NCBI GenBank assembly: GCA_049591455.1
Contig: JBAWFA010000007.1
Coordinates: 27,462 to 91,461 of the forward strand
Length of the DNA stretch: 64,000 nt
Origin: Gammaproteobacteria bacterium
GTDB taxonomy: Bacteria > Pseudomonadota > Gammaproteobacteria > Natronospirales > REEB76
Direction of reading: 5' to 3'
The notes under the pieces are model-generated. The model saw only the letters and a program-made list of their open reading frames with translations. It was not told where the DNA came from and searched no databases. A program made the translations under genes and the position numbers. Numbering within the stretch: position 1 is the stretch's first letter; the number at the start of each line of letters is the position of its first letter. Below are positions 52,081 to 63,637 of this stretch, piece after piece.

Positions 52081-53513
52081 TTGGCTGTCACCCTTTCCGG
52101 TACCGGCTTCGGCTCGACGAGCTTCAGGGAAACCACCGGCAGCAGCAGGAAGATGATGCAATAGACCAGCGGGATCAGCCAGGAATATATCTTGAGCGCG
52201 GCGGCGCCAGACACCCAGCTGAGCGCGTCCAGGCCGGTAATAATTGCCATCACAACGATGAACGTCACCACCAGGAAGGCGCGCGAACGCGGCCTGGAAT
52301 ACACCCAGGAAGTCACGAAGAACAGGAAATACAGTTCGGAAAACCGCTGGCCGATCTCGGCCCAAACGGCGGTGGCCGGCTGCATGCCGATATAACCCAG
52401 CACGATAAAGGTGACGGCAAACAGGATCAGCACAAAACGATAGAACGTACCCCGGTAACGGATCGATTTGACCGGATTGCGGTCAATCCACGGCAGCACG
52501 AACAAAATCACTATGGATGCCGCCAGGGCCACCACACCCAGCAATTTGTTGGGGATGGAGCGCAGGATCGCGTAGTACGGCCCGAAATACCAAAGCGGAT
52601 GGATGTCCGGCGGCGTCTTCAGGGGATTCGCGGGCTCGAAGTTGGACGGTTCCAGGAACAGGCCGTGCAGACCTGGCGAAAAGAAGATGATGGCGGAGAA
52701 AATCGCGATGAATACGGTAACGCCGCAGATATCCTTCATGGTGTAGTACGGATGGAACGGGATGCCGTCCAGCGGAATGCCATCGGGCCCCTTATGCTTC
52801 TTGATCTCCACGCCGTCGGGGTTGTTGGAGCCGACTTCGTGCAACGCGATCAGGTGGAACAGCACCAGGCCCAGGAGCACCAGTGGCACCGCCACCACGT
52901 GCAACGCGAAAAAGCGGTTCAGGGTGATGTCGGAAATATAAAAGTCGCCGCGTATCCACTGCTCGAGGCCCGGACCGATGCCGGGGACGGCACCGAACAG
53001 CGAAATGATGACGTTCGCACCCCAGAAGGACATCTGGCCCCAGGGCAGCAGATAGCCCATGAAGGCTTCGGCCATGAGCGCCACGTAAATGAGCATGCCG
53101 AAGATCCACAACAATTCACGCGGCTTTTTATAGGAGCCGTACATCACGCCGCGGAACATGTGCAGGTACACCACCACAAAGAACATGGAGGCGCCTACGG
53201 AGTGCATGTAGCGTATCAGCCAGCCCCAGTTCACATCCCGCATGATGTATTCCACCGAGGCAAACGCGGCGGTGGCGGCGGGCTTGTAGTTCATGGCCAG
53301 AAAAATGCCCGTAAGGATCTGGTTCACCAGGATCAGCAGGGCGATGGAACCGAAGAAATACCAGAAGTTGAAATTCCGGGGAGCGTAGTATTCGGAAACG
53401 TGCTTTTTCCAGAATGCGGACATGGGGAAACGCGCGTCAATCCACCCGCGCAGGCTGTGCAGCCAGTTGCCGGTGACATCAAGATAGTCGCGTTTGGGTT
53501 CTTCGGCGCCCAT
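52077..53513 (-). CDS. petB: cytochrome b of the bc1 complex (long form, 478 aa)
   Basis: Conserved RYMHSVGASMFF, PWGQMSFWGA, PEWYF-like HPLWYFGPYY, ends KPVPERV. Carries extra hydrophobic sequence near the C-terminus. Confidence 0.93.
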   Translation of the reverse strand: MGAEEPKRDYLDVTGNWLHSLRGWIDARFPMSAFWKKHVSEYYAPRNFNFWYFFGSIALLILVNQILTGIFLAMNYKPAATAAFASVEYIMRDVNWGWLIRYMHSVGASMFFVVVYLHMFRGVMYGSYKKPRELLWIFGMLIYVALMAEAFMGYLLPWGQMSFWGANVIISLFGAVPGIGPGLEQWIRGDFYISDITLNRFFALHVVAVPLVLLGLVLFHLIALHEVGSNNPDGVEIKKHKGPDGIPLDGIPFHPYYTMKDICGVTVFIAIFSAIIFFSPGLHGLFLEPSNFEPANPLKTPPDIHPLWYFGPYYAILRSIPNKLLGVVALAASIVILFVLPWIDRNPVKSIRYRGTFYRFVLILFAVTFIVLGYIGMQPATAVWAEIGQRFSELYFLFFVTSWVYSRPRSRAFLVVTFIVVMAIITGLDALSWVSGAAALKIYSWLIPLVYCIIFLLLPVVSLKLVEPKPVPERVTAK

Positions 53514-53565
53514 CAGGCGAATCTCCCGGAATTCTCAAAAAAAATTCTCATGGCGGTGGGCACGT

Positions 53566-54186
53566 TCACCAAACCAGCGGTTCGGTGTACTTGGAAGTCG
53601 AACCTTTGGGGTTCTCTCCAATCCGGATCACCTTGTCGCTGACATAGAAATGCTCCGGCACCGGCAGATTGAGCGGTGCCGGCACGTTCTTGAAGACGCG
53701 CCCGGCCAGATCGTACAGGGAACCGTGGCAAGGACAATGAAAACCGCCCGGCCAGGTGGGACCCACGCTGGGATCGCCGGGCTGGGGTACATACAAGGGC
53801 GAGCAGCCCAGGTGCGTGCAGATACCGATCACTACGAACAGCTCCGGCTTGATGGAACGCCAGCCGTTTTTGGCGTAGGCAGGCTGCTGCGGCTCGTCGG
53901 AATCTGGATCGCGCAGCCGCGGATCGTTCTGGGGGAGTTCAGCGAGCGCTGTCTGGGGGCGCTGCACCACCCAGGCAGGCTTGCCGCGCCAAGTGGCCTT
54001 GATCATGCCGCCCGGCTCGATTTTGCTGACATCAATGTCCACCGGACCGCCCAAACCCAAGGCGCGGGCGCTCGGCTCCATGGAGGACACGAAAGGCACA
54101 GCGGTCATCACCACGCCCACCGCACCCACCACGACGGTGGCGACAGTGAGAAAGTGACGCTTGCTCTTGTCAATCTCTTCGCTCAT
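53566..54186 (-). CDS. petA: Rieske iron-sulfur subunit of the bc1 complex
   Basis: CTHLGCSP and CPCHGSLYD cluster boxes. N-terminal signal-anchor SKRHFLTVATVVVGAVG. Confidence 0.93.
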   Translation of the reverse strand: MSEEIDKSKRHFLTVATVVVGAVGVVMTAVPFVSSMEPSARALGLGGPVDIDVSKIEPGGMIKATWRGKPAWVVQRPQTALAELPQNDPRLRDPDSDEPQQPAYAKNGWRSIKPELFVVIGICTHLGCSPLYVPQPGDPSVGPTWPGGFHCPCHGSLYDLAGRVFKNVPAPLNLPVPEHFYVSDKVIRIGENPKGSTSKYTEPLVW

Positions 54187-54362
54187 TCACCCCTCTCCAT
54201 CACAATTCAGAACCAGTGCTCACAGGTCAGCAGGCCCGTGGAACGGGATAAACCAGGCGGAAGATAAAACAGAATGGCGCATTATACACAGCGCCTTCGC
54301 GGCCCCGCCAGTGTGGCGGACGCCGGCTGACGGGCCTTGCAGCGTCGTGTTAGCGTAGGCGG

Positions 54363-55484
54363 ATGAAATCCCTGACCGGAACCCTGCTCTTGCTGCTGCG
54401 GGCCGTAGTGGTGGGTCTCGCCATTGCCTTCGTCGTGGTGTATTTCCGTCCCAGCCTGCTCGCTGGCGCACGGGGAGTTGCCGCGTACAGTTCCGCGGAT
54501 TCCTATGCCGCCGCAGTGGATATGTCCTCGCCGTCCGTGGTGAATGTGCACAGTGCGCGGCGCGCAAGACTGCCCGCCCCGCTCATGAACGACCCGTTCT
54601 GGCAGCGCTACTTCGGAAATCAGCCGGGATCGCCTGGCAACCGCATGGAAACCAGTCTCGGCTCGGGCGTTATCGTGAGCAGCGACGGCTATATCCTCAC
54701 CAATTACCATGTCATCAGCGGCGCCGACGCCATCCAGGTGGGACTCGCCGATGGGCGCAGCGCAGCGGCACGGGTGGTGGGCGTGGACCCTGACACGGAT
54801 CTGGCGCTGATCAAGATCAACCTGCCGCATTTGAAACCCATCGAACTCGGACGCTCCGATGATCTGGATGTCGGCGATGTGGTGTTGGCCATCGGCGATC
54901 CCTACGGCGTGGGCCAGACCGTAACCCACGGCATCGTCAGCGCGCTCGGCCGCAGCCAGTTGGGACTTTCCACGTTCGAGAACTTCATCCAGACGGATGC
55001 CGCCATCAACCCCGGCAATTCCGGCGGTGCGCTAGTGAATACGCAGGGCCAACTGGTGGGCATCAACACCGCCCTGTTTTCTCCCAGCGGCGGTTCCAAC
55101 GGCATCGGTTTTGCGATTCCTGTGAATCTCGCCCGCGGCGTCATGAAACAGCTCATCTCCTACGGACGGGTGCTGCGCGGTTACCTGGGCGTGGAACCTC
55201 AGAACATTACTCCCCAACTTGCCCAAGCCTTCCAATTGAACAGCACGGACGGCTTCATCATCACCAGCGTCGCGCCGGGCGGACCAGGAGGCAAAGCCGG
55301 ACTGACACCGGGCGATGTGATCGAAACCATTGACGATACTGCCGTAAGAAACAGCAGCGACGCGCTCAATCGCATCGCCAGCAAAGCACCCGGTACGCTC
55401 GTGGTGCTGGGTGGCATCCGGCACGGAAAACCTTTCAGCGTAAAAGTGAAAGTCGCGGAACGGCCGGTGCAGCAGAACAGCTAG
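54363..55484 (+). CDS. degS: DegS/AlgW-like S1C serine protease with N-terminal TM anchor and one PDZ domain
   Basis: Catalytic triad contexts TNYHVI, DLALIK, GNSGGAL. Single PDZ (..GFIITSVAPGGPGGKAGLTPGDVI..). 373 aa. Confidence 0.8.
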   Translation: MKSLTGTLLLLLRAVVVGLAIAFVVVYFRPSLLAGARGVAAYSSADSYAAAVDMSSPSVVNVHSARRARLPAPLMNDPFWQRYFGNQPGSPGNRMETSLGSGVIVSSDGYILTNYHVISGADAIQVGLADGRSAAARVVGVDPDTDLALIKINLPHLKPIELGRSDDLDVGDVVLAIGDPYGVGQTVTHGIVSALGRSQLGLSTFENFIQTDAAINPGNSGGALVNTQGQLVGINTALFSPSGGSNGIGFAIPVNLARGVMKQLISYGRVLRGYLGVEPQNITPQLAQAFQLNSTDGFIITSVAPGGPGGKAGLTPGDVIETIDDTAVRNSSDALNRIASKAPGTLVVLGGIRHGKPFSVKVKVAERPVQQNS

Positions 55485-55614
55485 AGGTTGCATTTCCCGC
55501 AGGAGCATCTTGCAGACGTGATTCAAACCCGATAATGGAATCGCGGCAGGCATGCCGCTCGTGCAGATATTCAACGGTGCCCAAACGCAGCTTGCGATTA
55601 CACTGCCCCACGAT

Positions 55615-57191
<1,577 letters not shown>

Positions 57192-57300
57192 GATACCCGA
57201 TTAGCCGGACCCGCCGGAATGTGCGCCGGCGGGAAGCCGGCGCAAAGCGTGTATCATGTGGTCAAACCGCTTTCCTCCCCGCAACGGCAAGCGACCAGCG

Positions 57301-58281
57301 ATGAACAGGAACGATACCGCCAACCTGCTCCGTTTCGCGCGCCAGGTGCTGGAAACCGAGGCGGCCGCTGTCAGCGCCCTCGCCCCCCGCCTGGATGAAA
57401 CTTTCGCCGAGGCCTGCCGTCTGCTGCTTGGCTGCCGCGGCCGCGTGGTGGTCATGGGCATCGGCAAGTCCGGGCACGTGGCCAACAAAATCGCGGCAAC
57501 CCTCGCCAGCACCGGCACGCCGGCGTTCTATGTGCATCCTGGCGAAGCCAGTCACGGCGACATGGGAATGATCACCGGCGGGGATGTGGTGCTGGCGCTG
57601 TCCAATTCCGGTGAAACCACCGAGTTGCTTACGCTTCTGCCACTCATTAAACGCCTGGGTGTCAAACTGGTCTCACTCACCGGCAATCCTCAATCCACTT
57701 TGGCAAGGGCCGCGGATGTGAATCTGGATGTGAGCGTTGCGCAAGAAGCCTGTCCGCTGAATCTCGCCCCCACCGCCAGCACCACCGCAGCGCTCGCCAT
57801 GGGTGACGCGCTCGCCGTTTCACTCTTGTCCACCCGCGGTTTCACCGAGGAAGATTTCGCCCGCTCCCACCCGGGTGGCAGCCTCGGCCGGCGCCTGCTG
57901 CTGCGCGTGCAGGACATCATGCACACGGGCGAAGCCATTCCCACCGTTCCTGTTGGGGCGCTTTTAAGTCAGGCACTGATGGAGATGACGCGCAAAGGCC
58001 TCGGTATGACCATTATTGTGGACAAGCGCCGGCAGGTGGCCGGTGTCTTCACCGACGGCGATCTGCGCCGCGCACTGGACAAGGAAATCAACGTACATCG
58101 CATCAGCATCGACGAAGTCATGACACGCAATTGCGCCAGCATACGCGCCGACATGCTTACTGGTGAAGCCATACGTGTCATGAACGAAAAGCGCATCACC
58201 GCGCTGCCCGTGGTTGACGAAAACAAAACCCTGATTGGCGCCCTGCACATGCACGACCTGGTGCGCGCCGGCGTGGCGTGA
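57301..58281 (+). CDS. kdsD: arabinose-5-phosphate isomerase KdsD (SIS plus two CBS domains)
   Basis: ATG 57301. GRVVVMGIGKSGHV SIS motif, then tandem CBS domains. Confidence 0.92.
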   Translation: MNRNDTANLLRFARQVLETEAAAVSALAPRLDETFAEACRLLLGCRGRVVVMGIGKSGHVANKIAATLASTGTPAFYVHPGEASHGDMGMITGGDVVLALSNSGETTELLTLLPLIKRLGVKLVSLTGNPQSTLARAADVNLDVSVAQEACPLNLAPTASTTAALAMGDALAVSLLSTRGFTEEDFARSHPGGSLGRRLLLRVQDIMHTGEAIPTVPVGALLSQALMEMTRKGLGMTIIVDKRRQVAGVFTDGDLRRALDKEINVHRISIDEVMTRNCASIRADMLTGEAIRVMNEKRITALPVVDENKTLIGALHMHDLVRAGVA

Positions 58282-58282
58282 C

Positions 58283-58783
58283 ATGACCGACATCCGCGAA
58301 CGCGTGGCACGCGTGCAACTGGTGGTGTTCGACGTGGACGGCGTATTTACCGACGGTCGGCTGTATTACGGCCAGAACGGCGAAGAACTGAAAACCTTTC
58401 ATGTGCGCGATGGCCACGGTATCAAGATGTTGCTGAAGTGCGGCATCCAGGTGGCGGTGATCTCGGGGCGCGTGTCTCCCGCCGTCACCCACCGCATGCA
58501 GGAGCTGGGAATTACCCACGTTTTCCAGGGCAATGACAACAAAAAATTCATATTGGAAAAGCTGCTGCAAGAACTCCATCTGAGTCCACAGCAAACCGCC
58601 TGCGTGGGTGATGATCTGGTGGACTTGCCGCTGATGGACGCAGCCGGACTGGCCATTGCCGTGAGCGATGCCCAGGCGGAGGTGCGGGCAAAAGCGCAAT
58701 TCATCACTCAGGCGCGCGGCGGCGAGGGCGCGGTGCGCGAAGTCTGCGACCTGATCCTCGCGGCGCGGAACACAAACGGGTGA
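58283..58783 (+). CDS. kdsC: KDO-8-phosphate phosphatase KdsC
   Basis: ATG 58283, 1 nt after the kdsD stop. HAD motif VVFDVDGVFTDG..GDDLVDLP. Confidence 0.92.
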   Translation: MTDIRERVARVQLVVFDVDGVFTDGRLYYGQNGEELKTFHVRDGHGIKMLLKCGIQVAVISGRVSPAVTHRMQELGITHVFQGNDNKKFILEKLLQELHLSPQQTACVGDDLVDLPLMDAAGLAIAVSDAQAEVRAKAQFITQARGGEGAVREVCDLILAARNTNG

Positions 58784-59346
58784 ATCCGCGTTTCTGGCTG
58801 GCGATCCTGGTCCTGGCGCTGGCGGCCGGAGGCACCTGGTGGCTGTTGCGGCAGGTGACGCCACCAGTGGTGCAGAAACCCGCTCCACCCACCCATGAGC
58901 CGGATTATTATTTCACCGATGCCACGGTCACAACGCTCAATGACGAGGGCAAACCCGCGGCTGTCATGACCGCGCCGCGCATGGTGCACCATCCCGACGA
59001 TGACAGCGTCGAAGTGTTTGCGCCGCGCATTGAATATTTCATGGCCGGCGCCCAGCCCTGGCATGTGCAGGCGGATCATGGTTTGATGCCTTCCGGCGGC
59101 AAGCTGGTCGAGCTGGACGGTCATGTGGTGATGCAGCAGGCGTCGAACAACGGCGGGCCGCCGCTTATCATTAACACCGATAAAATAAACGTGGATATCA
59201 ATACCAACATCGCCACCACCGCCGATCCGGTGGAAATACTGCAAGGCGCGAGCCGCATGACCGGCGTGGGCATGCAGGCGTATCTGAAGGACAACCGGGT
59301 GCTGCTGGAAGCAAACGTGCGGGGTTACTATGTCCACAAGCCGTAA
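58780..59346 (+). CDS. lptC: LPS export protein LptC
   Basis: GTG start overlaps the kdsC stop (GTGA). N-terminal TM anchor then an OstA-like beta-jellyroll. Conserved kdsC-lptC-lptA-lptB order. Confidence 0.85.
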   Translation: MNPRFWLAILVLALAAGGTWWLLRQVTPPVVQKPAPPTHEPDYYFTDATVTTLNDEGKPAAVMTAPRMVHHPDDDSVEVFAPRIEYFMAGAQPWHVQADHGLMPSGGKLVELDGHVVMQQASNNGGPPLIINTDKINVDINTNIATTADPVEILQGASRMTGVGMQAYLKDNRVLLEANVRGYYVHKP

Positions 59347-59935
59347 ATTGCGTCTGCTGCTGCTAGTGTGTGCGCTCAGCGCCGCGTCCGCCTGGGCGCT
59401 CAAGACCGACAAGAACCAGCCCATCAATATTCAGGCGGATCACGGTGATTTTCAGGGCAGCTCCAGCAGCAACAACGGCACCGGTATTTACACCGGCAAC
59501 GTGCTCATCACTCAGGGCAGCATCCGGATCACTGCCGACAAGGCGGTCCTGCACATGCTGAACGGCGAGATCCAGACGGCGGACCTGACCGGCACGCCGG
59601 CCACATTCCAACAGCAACCCGATACCGGCGAGCTGGCGCACGGCATTGCCAACGAAATTATCTATGACCAAAGCAAGAATGAAGTGGACCTGCTGGGCAA
59701 AGCGCAACTACACCAGGGCGAGCGCCTGCTTACCGCCGACATCATCCATTACAACACCGCCACCGAACATGTGATCGCCATCGGCGGCAAGAATGGCGGC
59801 CGCGTGCACATCACTATTCCGCCCAAACCACGCGCTCCACCGCAGCCAGGTGTTGCGCGACACAAACATGGAAGGCATCCACAATCCGGGATCAATCCAC
59901 CCCAAAAGAATGGTGCCCAGAGCGGACCTCCATGA
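59330..59935 (+). CDS. lptA: LPS export periplasmic protein LptA
   Basis: Signal peptide [23 protein letters not shown]. OstA_N-type repeats ([11 protein letters not shown].., ITADKAVLH..). Confidence 0.88.
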   Translation: MSTSRKLRLLLLVCALSAASAWALKTDKNQPINIQADHGDFQGSSSSNNGTGIYTGNVLITQGSIRITADKAVLHMLNGEIQTADLTGTPATFQQQPDTGELAHGIANEIIYDQSKNEVDLLGKAQLHQGERLLTADIIHYNTATEHVIAIGGKNGGRVHITIPPKPRAPPQPGVARHKHGRHPQSGINPPQKNGAQSGPP

Positions 59936-60657
59936 GCACACTGCGCACGGAGAACCTTGTCAAGCGTTACCGCCGCCGCGAGGTGGTGCACGACGTTTCC
60001 CTGGAACTCGACCGTGGCGAGGTGGTAGGACTGCTGGGTCCCAACGGCGCCGGCAAGACCACATCTTTCTACATGATCGTGGGGCTGGTACCCGCCGACG
60101 GCGGGCGCATTTTCCTGAACGGCGCGGAAGTCACGGACTTGCCGGTGCATGCGCGTGCGCGCCTGGGCCTCGGCTATCTGCCCCAGGAAGCCTCCGTGTT
60201 CCGCAAGCTGACGGTGGCGGACAACATCCTGGCAATTCTGGAAACCCGTCCCGGACTCGATCGTGCCCAACGGCACAAACGCCTGGAGGAACTGCTGGAA
60301 GAATTGCACGTGGCCCATCTGCGCAATTCCCTGGGCCTGTCCCTGTCCGGTGGCGAGCGACGGCGCGTGGAGATCGCCCGGGCGCTCGCGGCGGATCCGG
60401 CCTTCATGCTGCTGGATGAGCCCTTCGCGGGGGTAGACCCTATTTCCGTAATTGATATCCAGCGCATCATCGAGCACCTGAAAAACCGCAATATCGGCGT
60501 GCTCATCACCGACCACAATGTGCGCGAAACCCTGGGAATCTGCTCACGCGCATATATCATCAGTGACGGTGGAGTCATTGCCGCCGGGCCACCGGAAGTC
60601 ATCCTCGCCAACCAGCGGGTACGGGAAGTCTACTTGGGCGAGAATTTTAGGCTATAA
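59932..60657 (+). CDS. lptB: LPS export ABC ATPase LptB
   Basis: GPNGAGKTT Walker [16 protein letters not shown] signature, [10 protein letters not shown] Walker B. ATGA overlap with lptA. Confidence 0.96.
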   Translation: MSTLRTENLVKRYRRREVVHDVSLELDRGEVVGLLGPNGAGKTTSFYMIVGLVPADGGRIFLNGAEVTDLPVHARARLGLGYLPQEASVFRKLTVADNILAILETRPGLDRAQRHKRLEELLEELHVAHLRNSLGLSLSGGERRRVEIARALAADPAFMLLDEPFAGVDPISVIDIQRIIEHLKNRNIGVLITDHNVRETLGICSRAYIISDGGVIAAGPPEVILANQRVREVYLGENFRL

Positions 60658-60770
60658 CTATTCCATGGCCCGCGTAGTTCGCAGCCTGCCCCGGGAACGG
60701 CACGGCGGTTGTAGGTCACTTCGCCCCAGGGGAATGCCAACTCATTGTTTGCCATAAGGATCCAAGGGTT

Positions 60771-62198
60771 TTGAAAGCGTCTCTCAACCTGCACCAGACC
60801 CAAAGGCTCAACATGACGCCGGAGCTGCGCCAGGCCTTGGGACTGTTGCAGATGTCGGCCCTGGAGTTGAGCGACATGGTACGGCAGGCGCTAGAGCACA
60901 ACCTGCTGCTGGAAAGAATCGAGGATGGGGACGAAACTCCCACGCCCGAGAACGGTGAGCCGCCGCCAGTGATCACCGGCCAACAAGCCGAAAAACCAGA
61001 CGAGCCGGAAGACCTGCCAGTGGCGGACTGGGACAGCGCCGAACCGACCCTGGCTTGGGGCGGTGACAACGAAGAAGCAGATTTTCCCGAGCCCGCGGGT
61101 TCGCTCTATGTGAATCTGCAGGAGCACTTACACGCGCAGTTGGAACTGGCGCACCTCAGTGCCCGCGATGCGGCCATCGGCGCCCTGCTCATAGACAGCC
61201 TCAGCGACGACGGTTACCTGACGGAAAGCCTGGAGGAATTGCGCCAGACCTTCGGTGACATCGGCAGCGCTCCGGAACCGGACGAAATGGAGGCAGTGCT
61301 GCATCATCTCCAGACCCTGGATCCGCCGGGCGTGGCGGCCCGTGATCTCAGGGAATGCTTGAGCATTCAGCTGCGCCAACTGGATACTTCCCCCGCCCGC
61401 GAACTGGCGCTGCGGCTCGTCAGCACATACCTTGAAGACCTAGCTGCCCACGCCCTCAGCCAGCTTTGCCGCAACCTGAACGTAAACAGTGCTGAACTGG
61501 CCGAGGCCATCGCCTTAATCCAATCCCTCAATCCGCGCCCCGGCACCGCGCTGGCTTCAAGCGCGGTGGATTTCATCATTCCCGACGTGGTGGTGTCGCG
61601 CCGCGACGGCCGCTGGGTGGTGGAACTCAATCCAGCCACCGCGCCGCGCCTGCGGGTAAACCCCATGTACGCCGCAGCCCTTGGCCGGCGGCGCAATGGT
61701 GAAAACGCCAGCCTAGGACAGCAGTTACAGGAGGCGCGCTGGCTGATACGCAGCCTCAAGATGCGCAGTGAAACACTGCTGCGCGTGGCGGAATGTATTG
61801 TGCGGCATCAGACGGATTTTCTCAGCAGCGGAGAGGAAGCCATGCTTCCGCTGATGCTTAAGGACGTGGCGGCGGAATTGGAACTGCATGAATCCACCAT
61901 CTCGCGTGTGGTGGCGAACAAATATCTGGCTACGCCGCGTGGCACGCTTGCCTTCCGGCACTTTTTCTCCAATGAACTGTCTACAAATGATGGCGGCGCG
62001 TTGTCGGCCACCGCTATTCGCGCCCAGATCCGCAAACTGCTCGCCCAGGAGGATCCAAACAATCCGCTGAGCGATGACCGTATCACCAAGGAGCTCGTTA
62101 GCCGCGGTATCCGCGTGGCCCGACGCACGGTCGCGAAGTACCGTGAGTCCATGACCATTCCCCCGGCTCACGAACGCAAACGCCTCACAACGAGGTGA
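60771..62198 (+). CDS. rpoN: RNA polymerase sigma-54
   Basis: TTG start. (M)KASLNLHQTQRLNMTPELRQAL region I. C-terminal RpoN box ARRTVAKYRE. Confidence 0.96.
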   Translation: MKASLNLHQTQRLNMTPELRQALGLLQMSALELSDMVRQALEHNLLLERIEDGDETPTPENGEPPPVITGQQAEKPDEPEDLPVADWDSAEPTLAWGGDNEEADFPEPAGSLYVNLQEHLHAQLELAHLSARDAAIGALLIDSLSDDGYLTESLEELRQTFGDIGSAPEPDEMEAVLHHLQTLDPPGVAARDLRECLSIQLRQLDTSPARELALRLVSTYLEDLAAHALSQLCRNLNVNSAELAEAIALIQSLNPRPGTALASSAVDFIIPDVVVSRRDGRWVVELNPATAPRLRVNPMYAAALGRRRNGENASLGQQLQEARWLIRSLKMRSETLLRVAECIVRHQTDFLSSGEEAMLPLMLKDVAAELELHESTISRVVANKYLATPRGTLAFRHFFSNELSTNDGGALSATAIRAQIRKLLAQEDPNNPLSDDRITKELVSRGIRVARRTVAKYRESMTIPPAHERKRLTTR

Positions 62199-62225
62199 CA
62201 ACATGAGGACAACGAGGAGTACATC

Positions 62226-62549
62226 ATGCAAATTGACATTACCGGACACCACGTGGACATCACTCCGGCGCTGCGCAGCTATGTACAGAACAAATTCGAA
62301 CGGCTCGAACGGCATTTTGAACACGTAACCGGTATTCATGTTGTGCTGACGGTGGCCAAGCTGGAACACAAGGCCGAGGCAACGTTGCAAGTAAACCGCG
62401 GCAAGCTGTTTGCGGATGCGGTGGACAGCGACATGTACGCCGCCATTGACGCCCTTACGGACAAGCTCGACCGGCAAGTCAAGAAGCACAAGGAAAAACT
62501 CACCGCTCACGGCGACCGCACCAGTGTGCGCACAAATACCATGCTCTAG
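62226..62549 (+). CDS. hpf: ribosome hibernation promoting factor (short HPF)
   Basis: MQIDITGHHVDITPALRSYVQNKFERLERHF. 107 aa. Follows rpoN. Confidence 0.93.
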   Translation: MQIDITGHHVDITPALRSYVQNKFERLERHFEHVTGIHVVLTVAKLEHKAEATLQVNRGKLFADAVDSDMYAAIDALTDKLDRQVKKHKEKLTAHGDRTSVRTNTML

Positions 62550-62595
62550 TTCAAGGTCTTGTCGGATTTCGAAAATCGGCAATTCAACCGGAAGA

Positions 62596-62625
62596 AACGG
62601 CACGTCATAATGACGTGCCGTTTTT
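62596..62625 (+). terminator. rho-independent terminator after hpf
   Basis: ACGGCACGTCA (62597-62607) pairs perfectly with TGACGTGCCGT (62611-62621), followed by TTTT (62622-62625). Confidence 0.8.
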
Positions 62626-62692
62626 GCATTCGCGCCGCCAACGGGTATGCTAACGCCATGAACCATACCCTGCTGCACGCCGCGGGAATACC

Positions 62693-63550
62693 ATGCGCCT
62701 TGTCATATTGAGCGGCCTGTCCGGTTCCGGCAAATCCGTGGCCCTGCACATGCTGGAGGACCTGGATTATTACTGCGTGGATAATATCCCCGCCGGTCTG
62801 TTGCAGCATTTCGTGGGCGAAACCCTGTTGAGCAGCGACCCTGCCTATCACAACATGGCCGTGGGCATAGACGCCCGCAACCGCATCGAAGACATCCAAT
62901 CGGTGCCGGAAACCGTGCGCCGCCTGCGCACCCAGGGTATCGAATGCGACATCGTGTTTCTGCACGCCGAGGACGGCGTGCTGGTGAAACGCTATAACGA
63001 AACCCACCGCCCGCATCCGCTGGCCAGCGAAGACCGTTCGCTGCGGGATGCCATCCGTGCGGAACGCGAATTGCTCGGCGCCATCGCCGACGCAGCCGAC
63101 GTGGTGCTGGATACTACCCGGACTTCGGTACACGAACTCAGGGAATTGGTGCGTGCGCGAATCCATCGCGGCGAGCGTCGGGGACTGTCGCTGCTGTTTC
63201 AGTCTTTCGGTTTCCGCCACGGCCTGCCGGGTGATTCGGATTTCGTATTCGATGCGCGCGGCCTGCCAAACCCCTACTGGGATCCGAAACTCCGGCCGCT
63301 CACCGGCAAGGATCCGGTGGTGACGCGTTATCTTGAAAACAGCGACGTGGCGCAGCGCTACGTCCAGGACCTGAGCACGCTCCTGCAACACTGGATTCCG
63401 CAATTTGAATCGTCAAACCGCCAATACCTAACCGTCTCCGTGGGCTGCACCGGCGGCTATCACCGTTCTGTATTCGTGGTTGAGAAGCTGGCGGCGCATT
63501 TTCGCGCTGCCGGGCGTGAGGTACTGGTGCGGCACAATGAATTGAAATGA
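62693..63550 (+). CDS. rapZ: RNase adaptor protein RapZ (YhbJ)
   Basis: MRLVILSGLSGSGKSVAL P-loop. C-terminal ..VGCTGGYHRSV.. motif. 285 aa. Confidence 0.93.
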   Translation: MRLVILSGLSGSGKSVALHMLEDLDYYCVDNIPAGLLQHFVGETLLSSDPAYHNMAVGIDARNRIEDIQSVPETVRRLRTQGIECDIVFLHAEDGVLVKRYNETHRPHPLASEDRSLRDAIRAERELLGAIADAADVVLDTTRTSVHELRELVRARIHRGERRGLSLLFQSFGFRHGLPGDSDFVFDARGLPNPYWDPKLRPLTGKDPVVTRYLENSDVAQRYVQDLSTLLQHWIPQFESSNRQYLTVSVGCTGGYHRSVFVVEKLAAHFRAAGREVLVRHNELK

Positions 63551-63596
63551 TGCGGCGCGCGTCGCTCTCTCGATTGGGGATTCTATCTTCTTCTAA

Positions 63597-63637
63597 CCCC
63601 CTCTCCCCTTCGCGGGAAAGAGCCTGGGGTGAGGGGG
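63597..63637. repeat. GC-rich REP-like hairpin element downstream of rapZ
   Basis: CCCCCTCTCCCC (63597-63608) and GGGGTGAGGGGG (63626-63637) form an inverted repeat with one mismatch. The 17-nt spacer contains GGGAAAGAG. Confidence 0.5.
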
